64,000 nucleotides of DNA from Felis catus (GCF_018350175.1 NC_058368.1:112036001-112100000); one strand, 5' to 3'; shown: positions 36,878-50,442, counted from the first letter of the stretch. A program made the numbers and translations. The notes: generated by a model from the sequence alone, not told the origin.

Positions 36878-39212
36878 ATGTGGTGTCCAAGCTGACCAGG
36901 AAAAGCTCGCGGTAGAGGGTTTGGCCGGGCAGAGGGCTGGGCCAGAACTCATGAGGACGTGGCCATCCTGGCGTCAAGCCTGGTGTGGCGCTGCGGACTG
37001 CTCAGGAAACTGGAGGAGGAAGGGGTCGGGGGCGTGGCATTTGGAACTCAAGCTGTGCCCCACTGTGAGGAAGCAATGGTTCTGGAGGTGGAGCCTGCAT
37101 GGGGGCCTGGGCTGCCTGTGTGCCCCAGTGCCCTTGCATGCCTCCCCAGGGAGGCCCAGGCGAGCCACGTAGAAAGGTGGCCTGGCCTTGCTTTGCTGCA
37201 CTAGAGTCCTTCTCCTTTCTGGAATGTGGTAGGTGGATACCTCATAGGGCTGCTGAGAAGGCCCAACGAGAAAAAGGATGAACAACAGCTGTGTAATCAG
37301 CATCTTCCCTGGGCAGAGCCCAGTGTCTGGCATCAGAGGACCCTTGTTTGGTGTTTGGTGAAGTGTTGGGGCCCAGAGCCTATTCTTAGTGGTCCAGCTA
37401 ATAATCATCTGTTGGTGGACAGCGTCTAAGCCATCCAGGAAGCATAGCCCAGGGTTTGTTCTCCAGGGACACACGGTCTCTATAGAAGAGGAGATATTTA
37501 CACCAAGTCTCTCCCCCCTTCTGCTCCCTGACACAGTAGGGCTCGAAGTCCACTTCTCCCTCTACTGATTGTCTGTGTCTCCTAAACAAATTTCTTGACC
37601 TGTCTGGGCCCCTGCAGCACAGCATGGCTGGCAGGGTGGACATAGAGTGTGCAGGGCAAGGGCCTGGGTCAGTGCCTGGCATGCCATGAAGGGACATTGT
37701 TACTGTTCCTAGGAATCCATTCTGTGCTTTGGGAGGTCAGAGAACCAAGGGGACATCTGGACCAGCAGGGCTGGGGAGAAGGTACTCATCCTGGAACCAC
37801 AGATGGGACAGAGAGAGCAGGGGGAGGATGCGTGTGTGGTGTGTTTAGAGTGAGTGGAAGGTGAAGCCTGAAACTCATGTTGCATCACAGAGAACCCCAT
37901 GCCCTGTGGCCCCATGCTGTTGTGGCTTTGCGTTGCCAGGCTGGTGGAGGGGCTCTTGCAGCTGACTTCTTACACTGGGCCCGCCTCATGAGGCCCCACG
38001 GCGTGCTGATCTGGGGCCAAGCAGGGTTCAGGGCTCCCAAGGAGAGAGGCCTGGCCTCTGCTCTCCCCGGCCCTGGTATGCCCCCTCTTACTGGGACTCT
38101 CCTCCTCTGTTCTGTCGGTGTCTGGTGTCCCTGTCCAGTCTTCCTTCTCTCTCTGTAACACAGGGAAAGGCAGGACTAAGCCCTGGTATAGTGGCCCTCG
38201 CCCATTCTCTCCTACTCCCCTCAGCAGAAACGCTGTCAGGCCCAGCTATTGGAGCAGTGTGATGAGTGACCGTGGGCAAATTTCTTCACCTCTCTGGTCC
38301 TCAGTTTCCTCAGGAATACAGTTGGTTTAACTTGGCGTTGTCAGGAGGTGAGGCCATGCTGGAAAGGGTCGATAGTTGCATTCTGCTGAGGACACGCCAG
38401 GGCAGGGTGCTTGCTGTGTGTTCCCCTAAGTGCTGGCAGAACCAGCCGTGCATGTCAAGAAACTGTCCTCAGAGGTGAAGTGCACCTGAGTGCCTGGCTG
38501 CTGGTTCCTTGCATAGTGAACAAGAAGTGTGGACAGGGTGGCTGTCCCTTTAGGTAGCCCTGTGGAATGTGGGGGACACAGGTGGGCACAGGGAGGCCTG
38601 TCCACCACCTTGGATACAGTGGGCTGTGGGGTTGTGGGTAGTTTGTGCAAAGTACGGAGAGGCCAGATCTTGTGAATATTAAGGGTGCTGACGTTTACCA
38701 TGCACTCACCAGGCACTGGTATCCTGAGTAGGTATGCACTGGGCACCCCCGGCTTGCAGAAGCAGAAAGAGAGCTTCAGCATCTCTCTGGATGTGCCTTC
38801 CAGACAGCCTGGCTCCAGAGCCCCACAGCCTCGAGCTGGGCACTTTCCAACTCTCCCTGCACCCCAGTGGAATCATGGGGGCCTGGACCACAGGGATCTT
38901 GACTGGTCCCCCATCTGCCATCTTCCCTGAATGGAGACCCTACTGTGACCCTTTAATTCCATATGTATGGACCTGGTTAATCCGATGAACCCATCCTGAG
39001 ACTTTAAGACCTAGCTTTCTGGTTTTAGGACTGTGACGGCATCCCGCAAAGGTGACAATATTGACAGGTATTTGGGAAACGCCAGTTCTCCTTCCTTCTC
39101 AGTGCACTTGTCCCAGTTTATTCACAACGTGGTAAACATATGGTTGTCATCCTGGCCTCAGTGGATAGAAAAAAAGTCAGTAGTCTAGAATTTGGGTACG
39201 TTTCAAATATAT

Positions 39213-39218
39213 TTTATT
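39213..39218 (-). terminator. CXCL14: CXCL14 polyadenylation signal AATAAA
   Basis: Plus-strand TTTATT about 1.14 kb past the stop codon, with a U-rich tract downstream on the minus strand (plus AAAAAAA near 39170). Confidence 0.75.
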
Positions 39219-40053
39219 ACTTTTCTTTTTGTCTTAGAAAGAATATGAAACCTGCATGCAATGCTAATGGTTTCTGACACGTGCATAGCATATGACACAG
39301 CAGTACAACGAGGCATATACCAAAGGGGCAGTGTGCGGAGGGGGCGTTCTTAAGAGTCTATGTACAAAGGAAAGGGCGTGGGGTCGCCGTAGCTTTCAAG
39401 AGAGGACTGTGCTGTTTAACGTTGAAGAATTACACGGGGCGTTACAGGTAGAATGCTTCCGTACCGCGTGTTCTGCCACCAGGAGGGAAAGAAACATGCT
39501 TTGAAGGTTCTCCATCATCAATAGTGTGTCTGTAGCCATGTACTGTGCGTGGATTGGTCTCTTTTTAAGTGTTGTTGTAAGGTTTCGCTAACAGTGTTGG
39601 GAACTTCGCGTGCTTCCAAAGCAGTAAATACTGAAGCAGTGAACCTTTCACAAGAAGGAGAGAAGACCCAAGCCCTTCCTTAAGGGCCCCGTGCTTTGCC
39701 ATCCCAGAATCTTGGAAATGTTTCCTAGAATATGTAAAAGTTAGCCGGGGGGGGGGGGGGTGAAGCACATTTCTGTAGCAGACAAACTTGAGTCCCTCAC
39801 ACAACAGATGCAGAGAGATTGGCTTCTGCTTGCCCGGTGACGGGGTCCACTGTGGTGTCCCCCCAAGGCTGTGACCAACCGTGAGCCCAGGAGAGCCCAT
39901 GGCAGCTGTGTGGAGGCGCCAGGACCCCTGAGCGGAAGCGTCCCGCATTAGCAACGGAGCAACGCTGCTATGAAATGTTTCAACCAAGCTCTGTGTTCCT
40001 CCCAGGCGCTTATAAAGCTCAGATGTAGTGATGTCTGGACAAATACAAAAAAG

Positions 40054-40094
<41 letters not shown>

Positions 40095-40352
40095 GGAAAG
40101 GCATGAGTCCCCCCTTTCAGTAAAAAGCAGTGTGTGATGAAGTCTGGAGCACAAGAGAGAAGGGTCTCACATCTGGAAGCCTTTCGCACACAGCTATAAA
40201 ATGTAAAAACTGACCCTTGGTAAAAAGTGCTTTGTAACAATATATAATTTGTGTCTTATGCCTGTGAGAAAGAGAAGGTTTGTTTTTTATCTGCAGAGTC
40301 CTTTGCTCGTCTCCCAGCTGGTGTGAAGTTTTCCTATGAGGGATTTTTCACC

Positions 40353-40368
40353 CTACTCTTCGTAGACC
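40353..40368 (-). CDS. CXCL14: CXCL14 coding exon 4 (RVYEE-stop), continuing as 3' UTR to about 39195
   Basis: Acceptor ttctcttcccAG, then G GTC TAC GAA GAG TAG. Confidence 0.96.
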
Positions 40369-43300
40369 CTGGGAAGAGAAAACACCCACGTTAAGTGGCT
40401 CAGGACATGACACAGGGCGGGGGCTAAGCTGCTTCATCCTTGCCTTCGGGAGTGCCCTTCCCGGGAAGGCAGGAGCTTGGGAGAAGTAGGAGGAGGGGGG
40501 GACACCTCAGAGGAGGTCATCGCATGGACCTCAAAATCTTACCCGACTCTGGCTTTGTGCATTCTCAACCTCTGCGATCCTCAAAGCCCTATGGAGCAAG
40601 CCCTCTCTATATATGAGGAAACTGAGGCACAAGGGACTTAAGATTTGCCCAACGAACACTGAATGTCCACGGTGGGAATGAGGTCTGTGTCCAGCATGAG
40701 CAGGGATGGGGCAGGGGAGGACAGGGCATCCCGTCCTTCAACTCAGGCTTGTATCTTCCCTTGTGTTTTGCCCAGAGAATGCATGTCTTCCGGAAAAATG
40801 CTAGTTCTAGAAGCTGCTGCCTAAAGGCTGAAGGGTGGTTAGTGGGGCTGGGGCCTGACCCAGAGGCCTGTGGCTCCAGGTCACTTCCTTTTAGTGGTTG
40901 TAGGATCTGCACGACCTCCCCCCCCCCCCCCCCCCCCCAGACTGTCTCTATTTCAGATCTTAAATCCCTTCTGTTCTGCCCCATGGCTGTTTCAGGGCCA
41001 TGCTTCGTACTCAGACAGCCCACCCCTTCCTCTGCCTCGTTCCTTGTTTCGAGTAAGACCACCTGACTGTACTCCGCCCGATGCTGCTGCTTCCCGTGGC
41101 AGCCGTGAGCTCTGGGCTCTCAGATGCGGAGCTGCTAGGCTGGCTCCACAGACCAGCAGCTCCTGGGCCTGCCAGCAGCCCCCACGACTAGCCTGGGCCG
41201 GCCTGCTGGCGTCTCCTTCCTGCACCCCACATTTAGCATTCTGTTGCTGTCTCTGCAAAGGGGACTTCACGGTGGTTTCTTTCTCTCCATTCTACATTTG
41301 TGGAGACATTTCCAGCCTTTTACAGGGGGAGGGGAGGTGGGGAGGGCAAGTGATCATCCCCTTCCTCTCCCAGGATGCCTCGGCCTCCCTAGAAAAGAGG
41401 ATGAATTCATTTTGTAATGAAGCCACGGGAGGCTTGGTCACCGAGTGGCTCTCCTCACTGGAATTTGCAGATCTAAAAAGAGCAGGGCCGCATTGTCCCA
41501 TGCCTGCCTCCCCGTCATCAGAGCCATGGCCCAGGTGGAGGGCTGAGGGACAAAGTGTGTGCATCACCCAAGTGTCTGCCCTCAGTCCTGTGCAGACGGT
41601 CTCAGCCCCCTTCACAGACTTGCCCTGCATTTAGCCCCATTCCACTTGGATGACGCAGGGCCTGGAGAGTGGCAGTGGACAGGACGGGTCCTGCTTTGGC
41701 CACGTGAGCTGCCTGCCCTGACCGGAAAGAGGGCTTCATTCCCATCAGATCCACAGAAAATAACCTCTTGCTCTCATCAGTTTCTATTTCAAGCAGTTGC
41801 AGACGAGGCGGTTTCGGAGGCCGTGCAAAGGGCTCAGATAGTGGGGTTGGGCCTGAGTGTGGGCTGTGGGGGAGCCGGTCATGGGCTGAACCTCGAGTGG
41901 AAGGGCTGGGGAGGGGGGAGCAATGGGAGGGGTGGCTCGGGCAGCCACTCCAGGCAGGGAGAAGGTGACCTTGGGAGGCCTGGCTTTCTGCCATGTGCTC
42001 CCAGGGAAGTCACTCCCAATTTCCACTTCGCCCTGGTTTCCCTCTCTGCAGAATGGGGTGCTGGGCCCAGCTCCCGAGGAAGTCCCCTCTGTGTGTGTGT
42101 GCACATATATACGCACGCTATATAGGTACAGGTGTAGACAGGCTCTGAGTGTGGGAGGAGTAGGTGTGCCCTGGGACACGCTCACTTTTATGTGGTATGG
42201 GGAAACGGGGAACTTGCCAGACATGGGACCACAGGAGATCAGAGATGGAGAGTAGCCTTCTGATTGTGGAAACAGAACCCAGAGAGGACAGGGGTCTGGT
42301 TCACAGCTCTGGTCATCCGGCCACTGCTGCCCCCTGAGATTAACAGTGGCTCTGATTTTAAAGGGTCAAGTCCAAGGTCCCTCCCTGCACCTGCTTGGGA
42401 GGGAGTCTGTCAGCTTTCTGGGCAGTAGGGGACACGGGGGCCCCTTGAGGGAAGGAAGTGTTTGTTGGTAAGGTATTGTCCTCATCGTGTGGTGGGGGGT
42501 ACCCCGTGTTACAGTTAATAAACACAGTTACTTAAGTGGTCATGTTTCACCACACAAGAGTCCCAGAGAGCCATGCCAGCCTCTTGCCCGTTCACTTGAC
42601 AGAGGGAAACTGAGGGTCAGAGAACTTAGGTTGCTTTAAAAAGAAGAGGAATTGAGACTACAGCTTAACACGTTAGCATGGTGCAAACTTTAGTTCACGA
42701 AAGGATAACTTTTCGATGCTTACAGTTGTCCAAGGGAGCAAGGGCCTGCTTTGTGAAGCGGTGAGTTCCTTACCCCATGGGGTTATGTGAACAGGCTTGG
42801 CTCTCTGCTCGCCGTGGCTACTGTGGTGGGTGTTCACCCCTTCGACGACGCTAGAGGAGCTAGCCGGGGTCTGAGACCTGGGGCTGGTGGGAAGCTAGGT
42901 GTGAGGAGGTGGGGGCATGCATACCTGCGTTTCTCGTTCCAGGCGTTGTACCACTTGATGAACCGCTTGGTGCTCTGCAGCTTGGGGTGCAGGCAGTGCT
43001 CCTGACCCCGGTACCTGGACACGCTCTTGGTGGTGATGCTGAAACGGAGCAGCGTGGGGTGCAGGATTGAGGAGCCTGAAGGGCAGCCCCTCGGTGTGGC
43101 CTGTGGGCCGCCCTGGTCTGTCCCAGTCAGGGAGGGCCCTGAAAATGTGGCCGCCTCCCTCCTGTCAGGGGAACGCGCCCTGGTGCTCACTGCCTGGCTG
43201 CCTCTTTGGAAGGTTCTGGGTGTCCCCTTAGTCTCCGATTTCACATACAGTTTAACCCTGTACGGAGTGATTGGCTCTTACTTCTCCCCTGGAGTTCTTA

Positions 43301-46300
43301 GGGTCTGGGATAGTCCCCCTCCCCCTATCCCCTCCCCCACAAGGCTGTTGCCTACAGGGCTCATGCCTCCCTTGGAGAACAAAGCTCTGGGGACTCTTCC
43401 AGCTCCTCTAAACCTAGGATTGGAGAGGTGGAGAGAGCTAATATCAGCAAGGTGCACACGCCGAGACCCCTTTCCTTGGGTACAAGGAACTTGCTCGCGG
43501 CAGGGCTCAGACATGCCCTGCACATGGGTGGTCTCTGTCTGACCCTTCAAACCCCAGCGCCCCTTGATCCTCTGAAGTCTGTCCCGGGGCTGGGACATGA
43601 CAGATCCTGAAGTTAAGTCTTGCTGGCCTTGCAGCCCATTTTGATTCCTGAGCCTGAAGTCCCACTTGTCTCAGCCCCCAGCAAGAAAATAAGACCTCCT
43701 CCCCTCAGGCCTCTGTCAGCCCATGTGCCAAACCGAGTGGAGGCCCTAGCCGTGCGGCAGAAAAGCAGGTGGCACTGTACAGAGTGTAGGGCCTGGGTGT
43801 GAATCCCAGCTCTTTCTGTAGGACCTTGGGTAATTTCTCTTAACCAGTTTGCCCATCTGTAAAATGGGTTTAATAATAGGACCTACCTCTTAGGGTTATC
43901 GGGTAATGAAAGGGTATAATGTATGCAGAGTGCCTAGCACCTGGTAGACGCAACGTGGAGAATTCCTGTCATTAGTAATTGTCTTGGAAGATGAGATGGC
44001 CAAGGAGAAAGAGAAGCCTTAGTGTGTGAGCTCCAGCCTGGACGGGGAAAGCAGGACTGCTGCCCAGGACTGCCATGCCCCTCTCACCCTGGGCTGGGCC
44101 AGGGTGGCAGGATTTTAGGAGGAAGCTTCTGGGTAGGGGAGGAAGGATGGTGTTCTAGAACAAAGGACCACCTAGGGGATGTGGAAAAGTGGAAGGTGAG
44201 AGGTGCCCCTCCCTGAGTGGTCATGGCACGAACAGATGATGGTGGGCTGGGGAATGAGCTGAGGGGGCAAAGAGGGGCAGTTGGAGGCTGGATTGGGAAG
44301 AGAAAGAAGGGAGGGAGAGAGGGCAGTCAGGGCCCTGCAGGTTCCCAAAGGTGAAGTGTCAGGGCACATGGGCCAAGTTCTGGATGGGAGCAGGGCCACC
44401 ACAAACTGAGTCTCCCTGTTGACAGGGAGAGAAAAACCGAATCTTGCCACCAGAATGGGGGCAGAATATTTCTGGGCAACTTGTTCTCTTCCCTTCTCTG
44501 TGCTCAGAGTTTCCAAGGCCCCCCATTGCAGCCTAAGCTTCCTAGAGCAGGGGTGGCTCTTCTGCTAAATGCTGTGGACTGGGCTCTGCCTTCACTGGCC
44601 CTCTGAGACCAGTCGCTCCCCGGGTCCTGTCCCTCCTGCTAGGTCTTCAAGCATGGGGCCAGGCTTCCCAGTGCAGTCTGCCTGTTCTCCTCTCCATGGT
44701 ACTCGGTCACTCTGCGGGAATTGAACCCGCTGCTCTCTCTGCCTACAGTGCTGCTTCTGCACTTGAAGTGAAGGGATGTGGGCAAGCCTGATGAAGATGC
44801 CCTCCTCAGTTAGGTCACTGTGCAGGCTGGGGATTCCCAATTCTGAAGGTCGGGGCAGCAGGGAAGACACTCAGCCCTCCCACCACAGTCCTTGAATGTT
44901 TGTCACAACACTGGGACTGTGAAAATTGGTTGTGGGGTGAAGACATAACGATTTATATTCCCAGCAGTTGCTCAGAAATTCTGGGTCCTGTGTCCCCTCT
45001 CCTCAGTGGTTCTGGGGTGCTGAGGGTTTGGGCAAGAGTTCATAGGGCACAAATGGCCCTTTATAAAATCTGGAGTCTACTCCCACTTGCAAAGCCCACT
45101 GGCCTCCCCACCCCACCCCCAGCCTCATCAGAGATTTCTGGGTGACTCAGGGTGAACTGGAAAACTTGCTTTTGTTCAGCGTTTGTGGCTGAAAACCTGC
45201 TTTGGCAAAAAGTGCTGGCCCTGCATCTGATCTAGAGACTCTTAGGAGCTTGAGACAGGAGAGGATGTTCAGCCCTTCAGTGCTGTGGGCGGGGCTGGGT
45301 GTGGGTGAAGGTTTAGGAAGGAGACTGGTGACTGTGTTTGGACCTCCGGAGGCCCCTGCCAGTTTTCACAAGGTTGCGTAAAGCCTTCTCGCACGTGCCT
45401 GCTGTCAGTTTCCTCTCTATTCTGAAAAAATTTAGTCGGGAGAAAGAGTAAACCTGTTTATTGAGGGTCCTTTAGAGAAGTCTCTGCACCCCATACCCTG
45501 CTTCTCTTTCTCTGCAAGGTCTTGGCACCTGGCCATGGGGTGTGGGGTGGTTCTCAGTACTTCGAGGAGTGCAAACTTAATTTGCTACGTCCCTGTCATC
45601 TTCAACCCCCAAGCTGGAAACCATGAAGGACTTGTAGCTCCTCCTTTAGCTTGTGGGAACACTAGCCCCCACCAAAAAAAGATTTTCCGGCAGTTCTTCT
45701 GGACTTGCGTCTACTAGGCAAGGGACAGGGGTTGATTTATGTGCCTGGGTAGAAAGGCAGTGGGGTTCGGCTTAAGCCTGGTGGCTTTGCAAATTCCCCT
45801 AACTTCAGCCTGACTGTGCAGCCCCCAGGTGGCAGTGTGTGGGGGGAGGTGGGCTGCCTTTGCATACACTGTGCGGAGGCCTTGGGACCATCGGGGCCAG
45901 CGGATAGAAGGCACTTGCCCAGACTGAGAATAAAGTGTGTCCTGTTTCTGGGGGAGGGGAAGAGGGGCCAATGGTCCGTGGCAGACCACGGTAGCTGCTT
46001 TGCCAAGGGCTTCCTTCCTGGCCAAGTGCATACTGATGGGGAAACAGTGGTGCTGGACTCAAGTGGTTAATTGGGAAGGCAGAGGAGCAAGGAAACTCCG
46101 TGTTCTCTCACTCTGTCCCAGTTTTAAAAATATTCTTTGCATCCCCACCAAGCAGGGCTACAGCCGCATGGCACGTTAACCCCAGCAGATCACTTTGCCC
46201 AGCACTGCTCAGGCTCAGGGACCCACAAGAGTCCAGCCGGTGGTGGAGGATCAAGGATCAGTCTCAACATGAAATCGCTAGCAGCCAAAAAAGCTGGCTG

Positions 46301-47150
46301 TGGTTCCCCTGGTAAGGAAAAGGCTCTGAAAGGAGGGTTGGGTCTGAGGACTTAAAGACAGCATTTGTTTTAATTCTCTCTCCAGCAACAGGAAGGCAAC
46401 ATGCGTCCCAGTTTGGGTGCAAGTTCAATAGTTCTGGGTGAGTTTGGAGCGCTTTCAATCCCGATGCTCTAAAGTTGGCACGACCAGAGCCATTTTAACC
46501 CTTGATCACCCCAGAATGGTGGGCAGTGCAAGCACCTAGGCTACCCATTTGAATCTTAGCAAGGGTGAACACCCAGAGGCTGTTTCCAGAGAACAGGGCA
46601 GTTGTCCCTCTTTCCAAACTCTTTCAGACTGTCACGCCAGCGTCCTAGGGACTTGCTGGGCAATTACAAAGCCTCCTCCAAGGCCTTGCCAAAGGCACAG
46701 AGGAATGTCTGTTAGCCCCACCGACCCAGCCCCATGCTGTGCCCCAGCACCGGTTAAGAGCAGCCCGCACACACGCTCACGCTCACGGTGAGGAGCCAGA
46801 ACTCACATAACCATCTTCTCCTCGCAGTGCGGGTACTTTGGCTTCATTTCCAGCTTCTTCACGTCGCTGTATCGAATCTTGGGCCCCTTTCGGGAGCATT
46901 TACATTTGGACCCTGGGAGAGAGAGCGACGGGTATCATTCAGCTGCATGTGCGGTCTCCTGCCCACCCCCCTCCACTGCCCTAGGTGCCCACCCAGGACC
47001 TCGGGGGTCCCTGGAAGCCCAGCAGTTGGCGCCCAGGTGCCCCAGGACGGGACGGGACGGCGACAAGAGACCTCCCGGGCACTCACCGTCCACGCGTGCG
47101 GCGCACAGCGCCAGGAGCAGCAGGAGTAGCGCGGCTGACAGGACCCTCAT
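40353..47150 (-). CDS. CXCL14: C-X-C motif chemokine 14 (BRAK), 4 coding exons, 99 aa precursor
   Basis: Join of 47150-47087, 46912-46807, 43038-42925 and 40368-40353 = 64+106+114+16 = 300 nt, all introns GT-AG. Translation: [99 protein letters not shown]. Confidence 0.98.
42925..43038 (-). CDS. CXCL14: CXCL14 coding exon 3
   Basis: Acceptor tttcAG. Encodes [37 protein letters not shown](R). Donor GTATGC. Confidence 0.97.
43770..43960 (+). mobile_element. MIR in CXCL14 intron 2
   Basis: MIR core CAGTTT.CCCATCTGTAAAATGGG..TAATAATAG.ACCTACCTC.TAGGGTT. Confidence 0.7.
46807..46912 (-). CDS. CXCL14: CXCL14 coding exon 2 (CXC motif)
   Basis: Acceptor tctcccAG. Encodes (G)[34 protein letters not shown](I). 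Donor GTGAGT. Confidence 0.97.
47087..47150 (-). CDS. CXCL14: CXCL14 coding exon 1 (signal peptide)
   Basis: ATG at 47150 in context GCCAGCATGA. Encodes [21 protein letters not shown]+G. Donor GTGAGT at 47086-47081. Confidence 0.97.
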
Positions 47151-47344
47151 GCTGGCCGGAGGGGCGCGGCGCGGGAGCAGGGACTGGGGAGGGCGCCCGG
47201 CCGGCCGGCTCAGCTCTCTCTGCTCGGAGCGCGCCTCCGGCTCTGCTCCGCTCGCTCCCGCTGCGCCCGTCGGTGGGTGCCTGGTGCCGGCTGCGTTCCG
47301 CTCTCGGCTCCGCGCTGTCTCCGCAGCCTCCCTCCGCCCGCCCA

Positions 47345-47462
47345 GGCCTCTTTTAAATCCGCTCCTGCCCTCGCGGCAGCGAGCTCATTAATATGCAGAA
47401 CCACTCGGTGACTCACTGAGATTTCTCAACGAGGTGGGGGGAGGAGACCTTCCCCGCCCCGG
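47345..47462 (-). promoter_or_regulatory. CXCL14: CXCL14 core promoter
   Basis: TTTAAAA (minus, 47351-47357), TATTAA (minus, 47388-47393), AP-1 TGACTCA 47409-47415, GC box CCCCGCCCC 47452-47460. Confidence 0.7.
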
Positions 47463-49319
47463 GACCGCGATCTCCGCGGCGCACACTGGGAGCCACGCGC
47501 GCACACACCCATTCATACCCGCTGCCCTCTTGCTTCTATACACACTTGCACACCCCGACTCCAGCCCGCGCACACCGCCAGTGCCCCGGCAGTACCGGCT
47601 GTTCCGGACACTTTAGAGGCTGCTTAAGGGCGCTGCTTTTCTGAATCGCATGGTTCCCTCTGGCCAGACAAGCATGCTGTCCTGAGCTGCTGAGAGACCC
47701 AGGCCCGCGGCCCAGATCTTCTGAGAACTGAAAGGGTTTTGGAACAGGTGCCAGGTGTGAGTGCCAGCAGGCCTGACTCCTAGGGCGTGAGTTGTCCCTG
47801 TTGGGCCAGCAGCCTTGGTGGCCAGAGCACAAGGCCAGGTCTGGAGGGAGGTTGCCATAGGTTGTACAGGAGCAAAGTCATTGCCTGTGGTCACTGCGGC
47901 TGGCTCAAAGGATGCGCCCGAGGGATTTTTGGTCACTCTGAGAGGAAGACTTCCTAAAGTTGGTACATGGCTGTGCGAGCTGCCTGCGGAGTGGTGAGAA
48001 CCAGCCAGGGGTTCCTTGCTGTCGTACCATTCTCTAAAGGCTCTGCCCAGCAGGGAGACATGGCAGTGGTAACCATTTGGACAAAGTTCATGTTCCAGAC
48101 ATATGCCAGGCTCTGTGGCGTAGTGTTGTGGGCCAAGGCAGGGCAACAGAGATTCCTGCTTCATCACTTACCAGTCAGTGCAAGTGACCTCACTACTCTG
48201 AGCCTTCATTGTGCCTTCTGTAAAGCAGGAGTGTCATAGTGCATGTCACAGGGTGGCTGTGAGAGGTGTGGAAGATCACACGTGTAAAGTGCCCGACAGA
48301 ATGGCTGACCCATAGTTGGTGCCCAGGAAATCTTACCTATCGATATCGTTATAGTATGTATTTTAATCTATGTTATTTTGAATCTTATAAATCATTTTCC
48401 ATGTTGGTATTTTCATTCTTTTTTTGACAGGCATGGGAAGAGGTTTAGAGAGAAGAAATAACTGGTCTAAGACCACAGAGCCAGGTGGCTAGGTCAGAAG
48501 GGGCTGGAGAATTGGGGCTCCAGCCTCTGGGCTACCCTGCCTCCCTCAGGCACTTGGGGAAGTGCTTCCTTCTTAGACCCAGCAACAGGGGATGGAGTAT
48601 CTCAGGCTCCAAGGGTCCCTGGGCTTGGCTCCCAGGCCAGAGCTGAAGCCAGGGCAGAAACTGCCAGGTTCTTCCAGCTCACACAGCTCTGTGCTGTCAG
48701 CCCAGCAACTCCCTGGGGGTGCAAGTACCCAAAGGGGGTCCTGGGAGGATGGGGAGGGCAGGCTGCTGGGGACAGAGTGGAAAATGTGTACCGTCTCTTC
48801 CCAGTTTGAGCTCCTTGGATACCTGGAGGGGATGCGGAGCCACGAAGGGCCGGCAGAGCTTATGAGCTGGCTTCAGGCCATGTCCTGAGTCCTGTGCATG
48901 CAGTTGGATTTGTACTTGAAGCAAGGCGAACCGCTGGACATGTGGGTTTATCTAGAAGATGAGACCAAGGGAGTGATTTGGGGCAATAGCATTACTTTTC
49001 AAAATGTTTAGTCTTTCAAAAAAAATTTTGGTACAAAACCAAAATGTTACAGAAAAATCAGAAAACACAAGCAGAGGAAAACGTAAAAGAACACGCTTCC
49101 ACCCACTAGGAGGTCTACACCAAAATGCTAACAGTGTTATCTTTCCCAGCACTTTTGTGTTTGCTTACATGCATGTATGTGCACAGGTGTGATCAGTGTG
49201 CGTGTCCTGTTTGAAAACCCACTTGTTTTACCTGTCTCTGTATCGTCAACATTCTCCCATACGACGGGTTTTGCTTCTACGGTCTCTCTTTTAATGGCAT
49301 CATATATGGTCACCTAGCA

Positions 49320-49560
49320 TTGTGGCTGAGAGCTCAGTGTCTCCATGTCAGACTACCTGGGTGTGAGTCCTACTACCAGCTCTGTGACCTGGGGCAGATG
49401 ACTTCACTCTTTTCAATGCTGATTTTCTAACCTGTGAGGTTGTGATGATAATGGGACCTATGGCAGAAGGAGAATTAAATGAGATGCTGCATGAAAAGCT
49501 TTTCATGTGGTCCCTATGACAGAGTAAGTGCTCAGTAAGTGCTATGGATTGTTGTCATTA
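49320..49560 (+). mobile_element. MIR
   Basis: TCAGACT.CCTGGGT..TGTGACCTGGGGCAG..ATTAAATGAGAT..AGTAAGTGCTCAGTAA. Confidence 0.7.
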
Positions 49561-50395
49561 TTTTGGGTGCAGCCCGGTCCACTGTACAGATGTACTGTAA
49601 TTACATTAAGTAATTATTCATTGCTAAATGTTTAGATTGTCTTCAACCATGTTCTCTCAGGGGCGTGTGACATATACTCTTGTAGCTCCATTTTGGGGCA
49701 GCCCTTTAAAAATTGATCGTGTCTCAGAATCACTGGGCCATTGGGGCATGCTCATCTAAGGCTTTTAATACAAATTTCCCTTCAAAAAATATAATCCATT
49801 TTATTTTTCACAAGGAATTTCTTACCTGCCAAGGTTTCTCAGAGCATGTGGCATAGATTTTTAAGTTAACAATGCTGATTAGGTAAGTGGGATCTGACAG
49901 CATCAGTGATCATGGGCACCAAGCTTTTGTTGGAAAAACTAGTTGGACCTAAACATACAGACCAGTTTCCCAACTTCCAGGACCAGACCAGAGGTCAGAC
50001 CACCCATTGTTTTGCCCCCAGTTGTACTCCGTAGACTAGGTATGCTCATCTTTTGTTTGCAAAATACAGCCATGTGTTTTTGCAATCACAGCTCACTCCT
50101 GTTTGTGTGAGTTCTTCGGGGGGCCATGGGTAGAGGAGAGGATGGGGGCCTCCTGCTGCCAGCCTGTCTGTGGATGATGCTGCTCAACTGGGAGAGAGAG
50201 GGGGGTCTTGACTTTTGACTTGCCTTTTGGGTGCAGACTCTCCCAAACTCATGTGGGGGTCTTTGAGCAGGTGGAGGAGGCAGGGTGAGGTGGATAAGGG
50301 TGAGGCAGTTCTGTGCACAGTGGCCCTAATTCCTGGGTGATCCCTGGGGTGTGATGAAGGACCACACACACATTCTGCCCTTTGGGGCATAGTCT

Positions 50396-50396
<1 letters not shown>

Positions 50397-50442
<46 letters not shown>
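50397..50442. repeat. (TG)n microsatellite
   Basis: Directly visible. Confidence 0.95.

Larger units (their letters stand above)
46760..47610. promoter_or_regulatory. CpG island at the CXCL14 promoter and exons 1-2
   Basis: High CpG density spanning the 5' end of CXCL14. Boundaries judged by eye. Confidence 0.85.

Noticed and set aside
40870..41634. 254-aa ORF antisense in CXCL14 intron 3
   Set aside because: Non-ATG start, depends on a poly-C run, no recognisable domain.
49490..49507. Perfect 18-bp palindrome CATGAAAAGCTTTTCATG
   Set aside because: Lies inside a MIR. One 9-bp-arm palindrome in 64 kb is within chance expectation.
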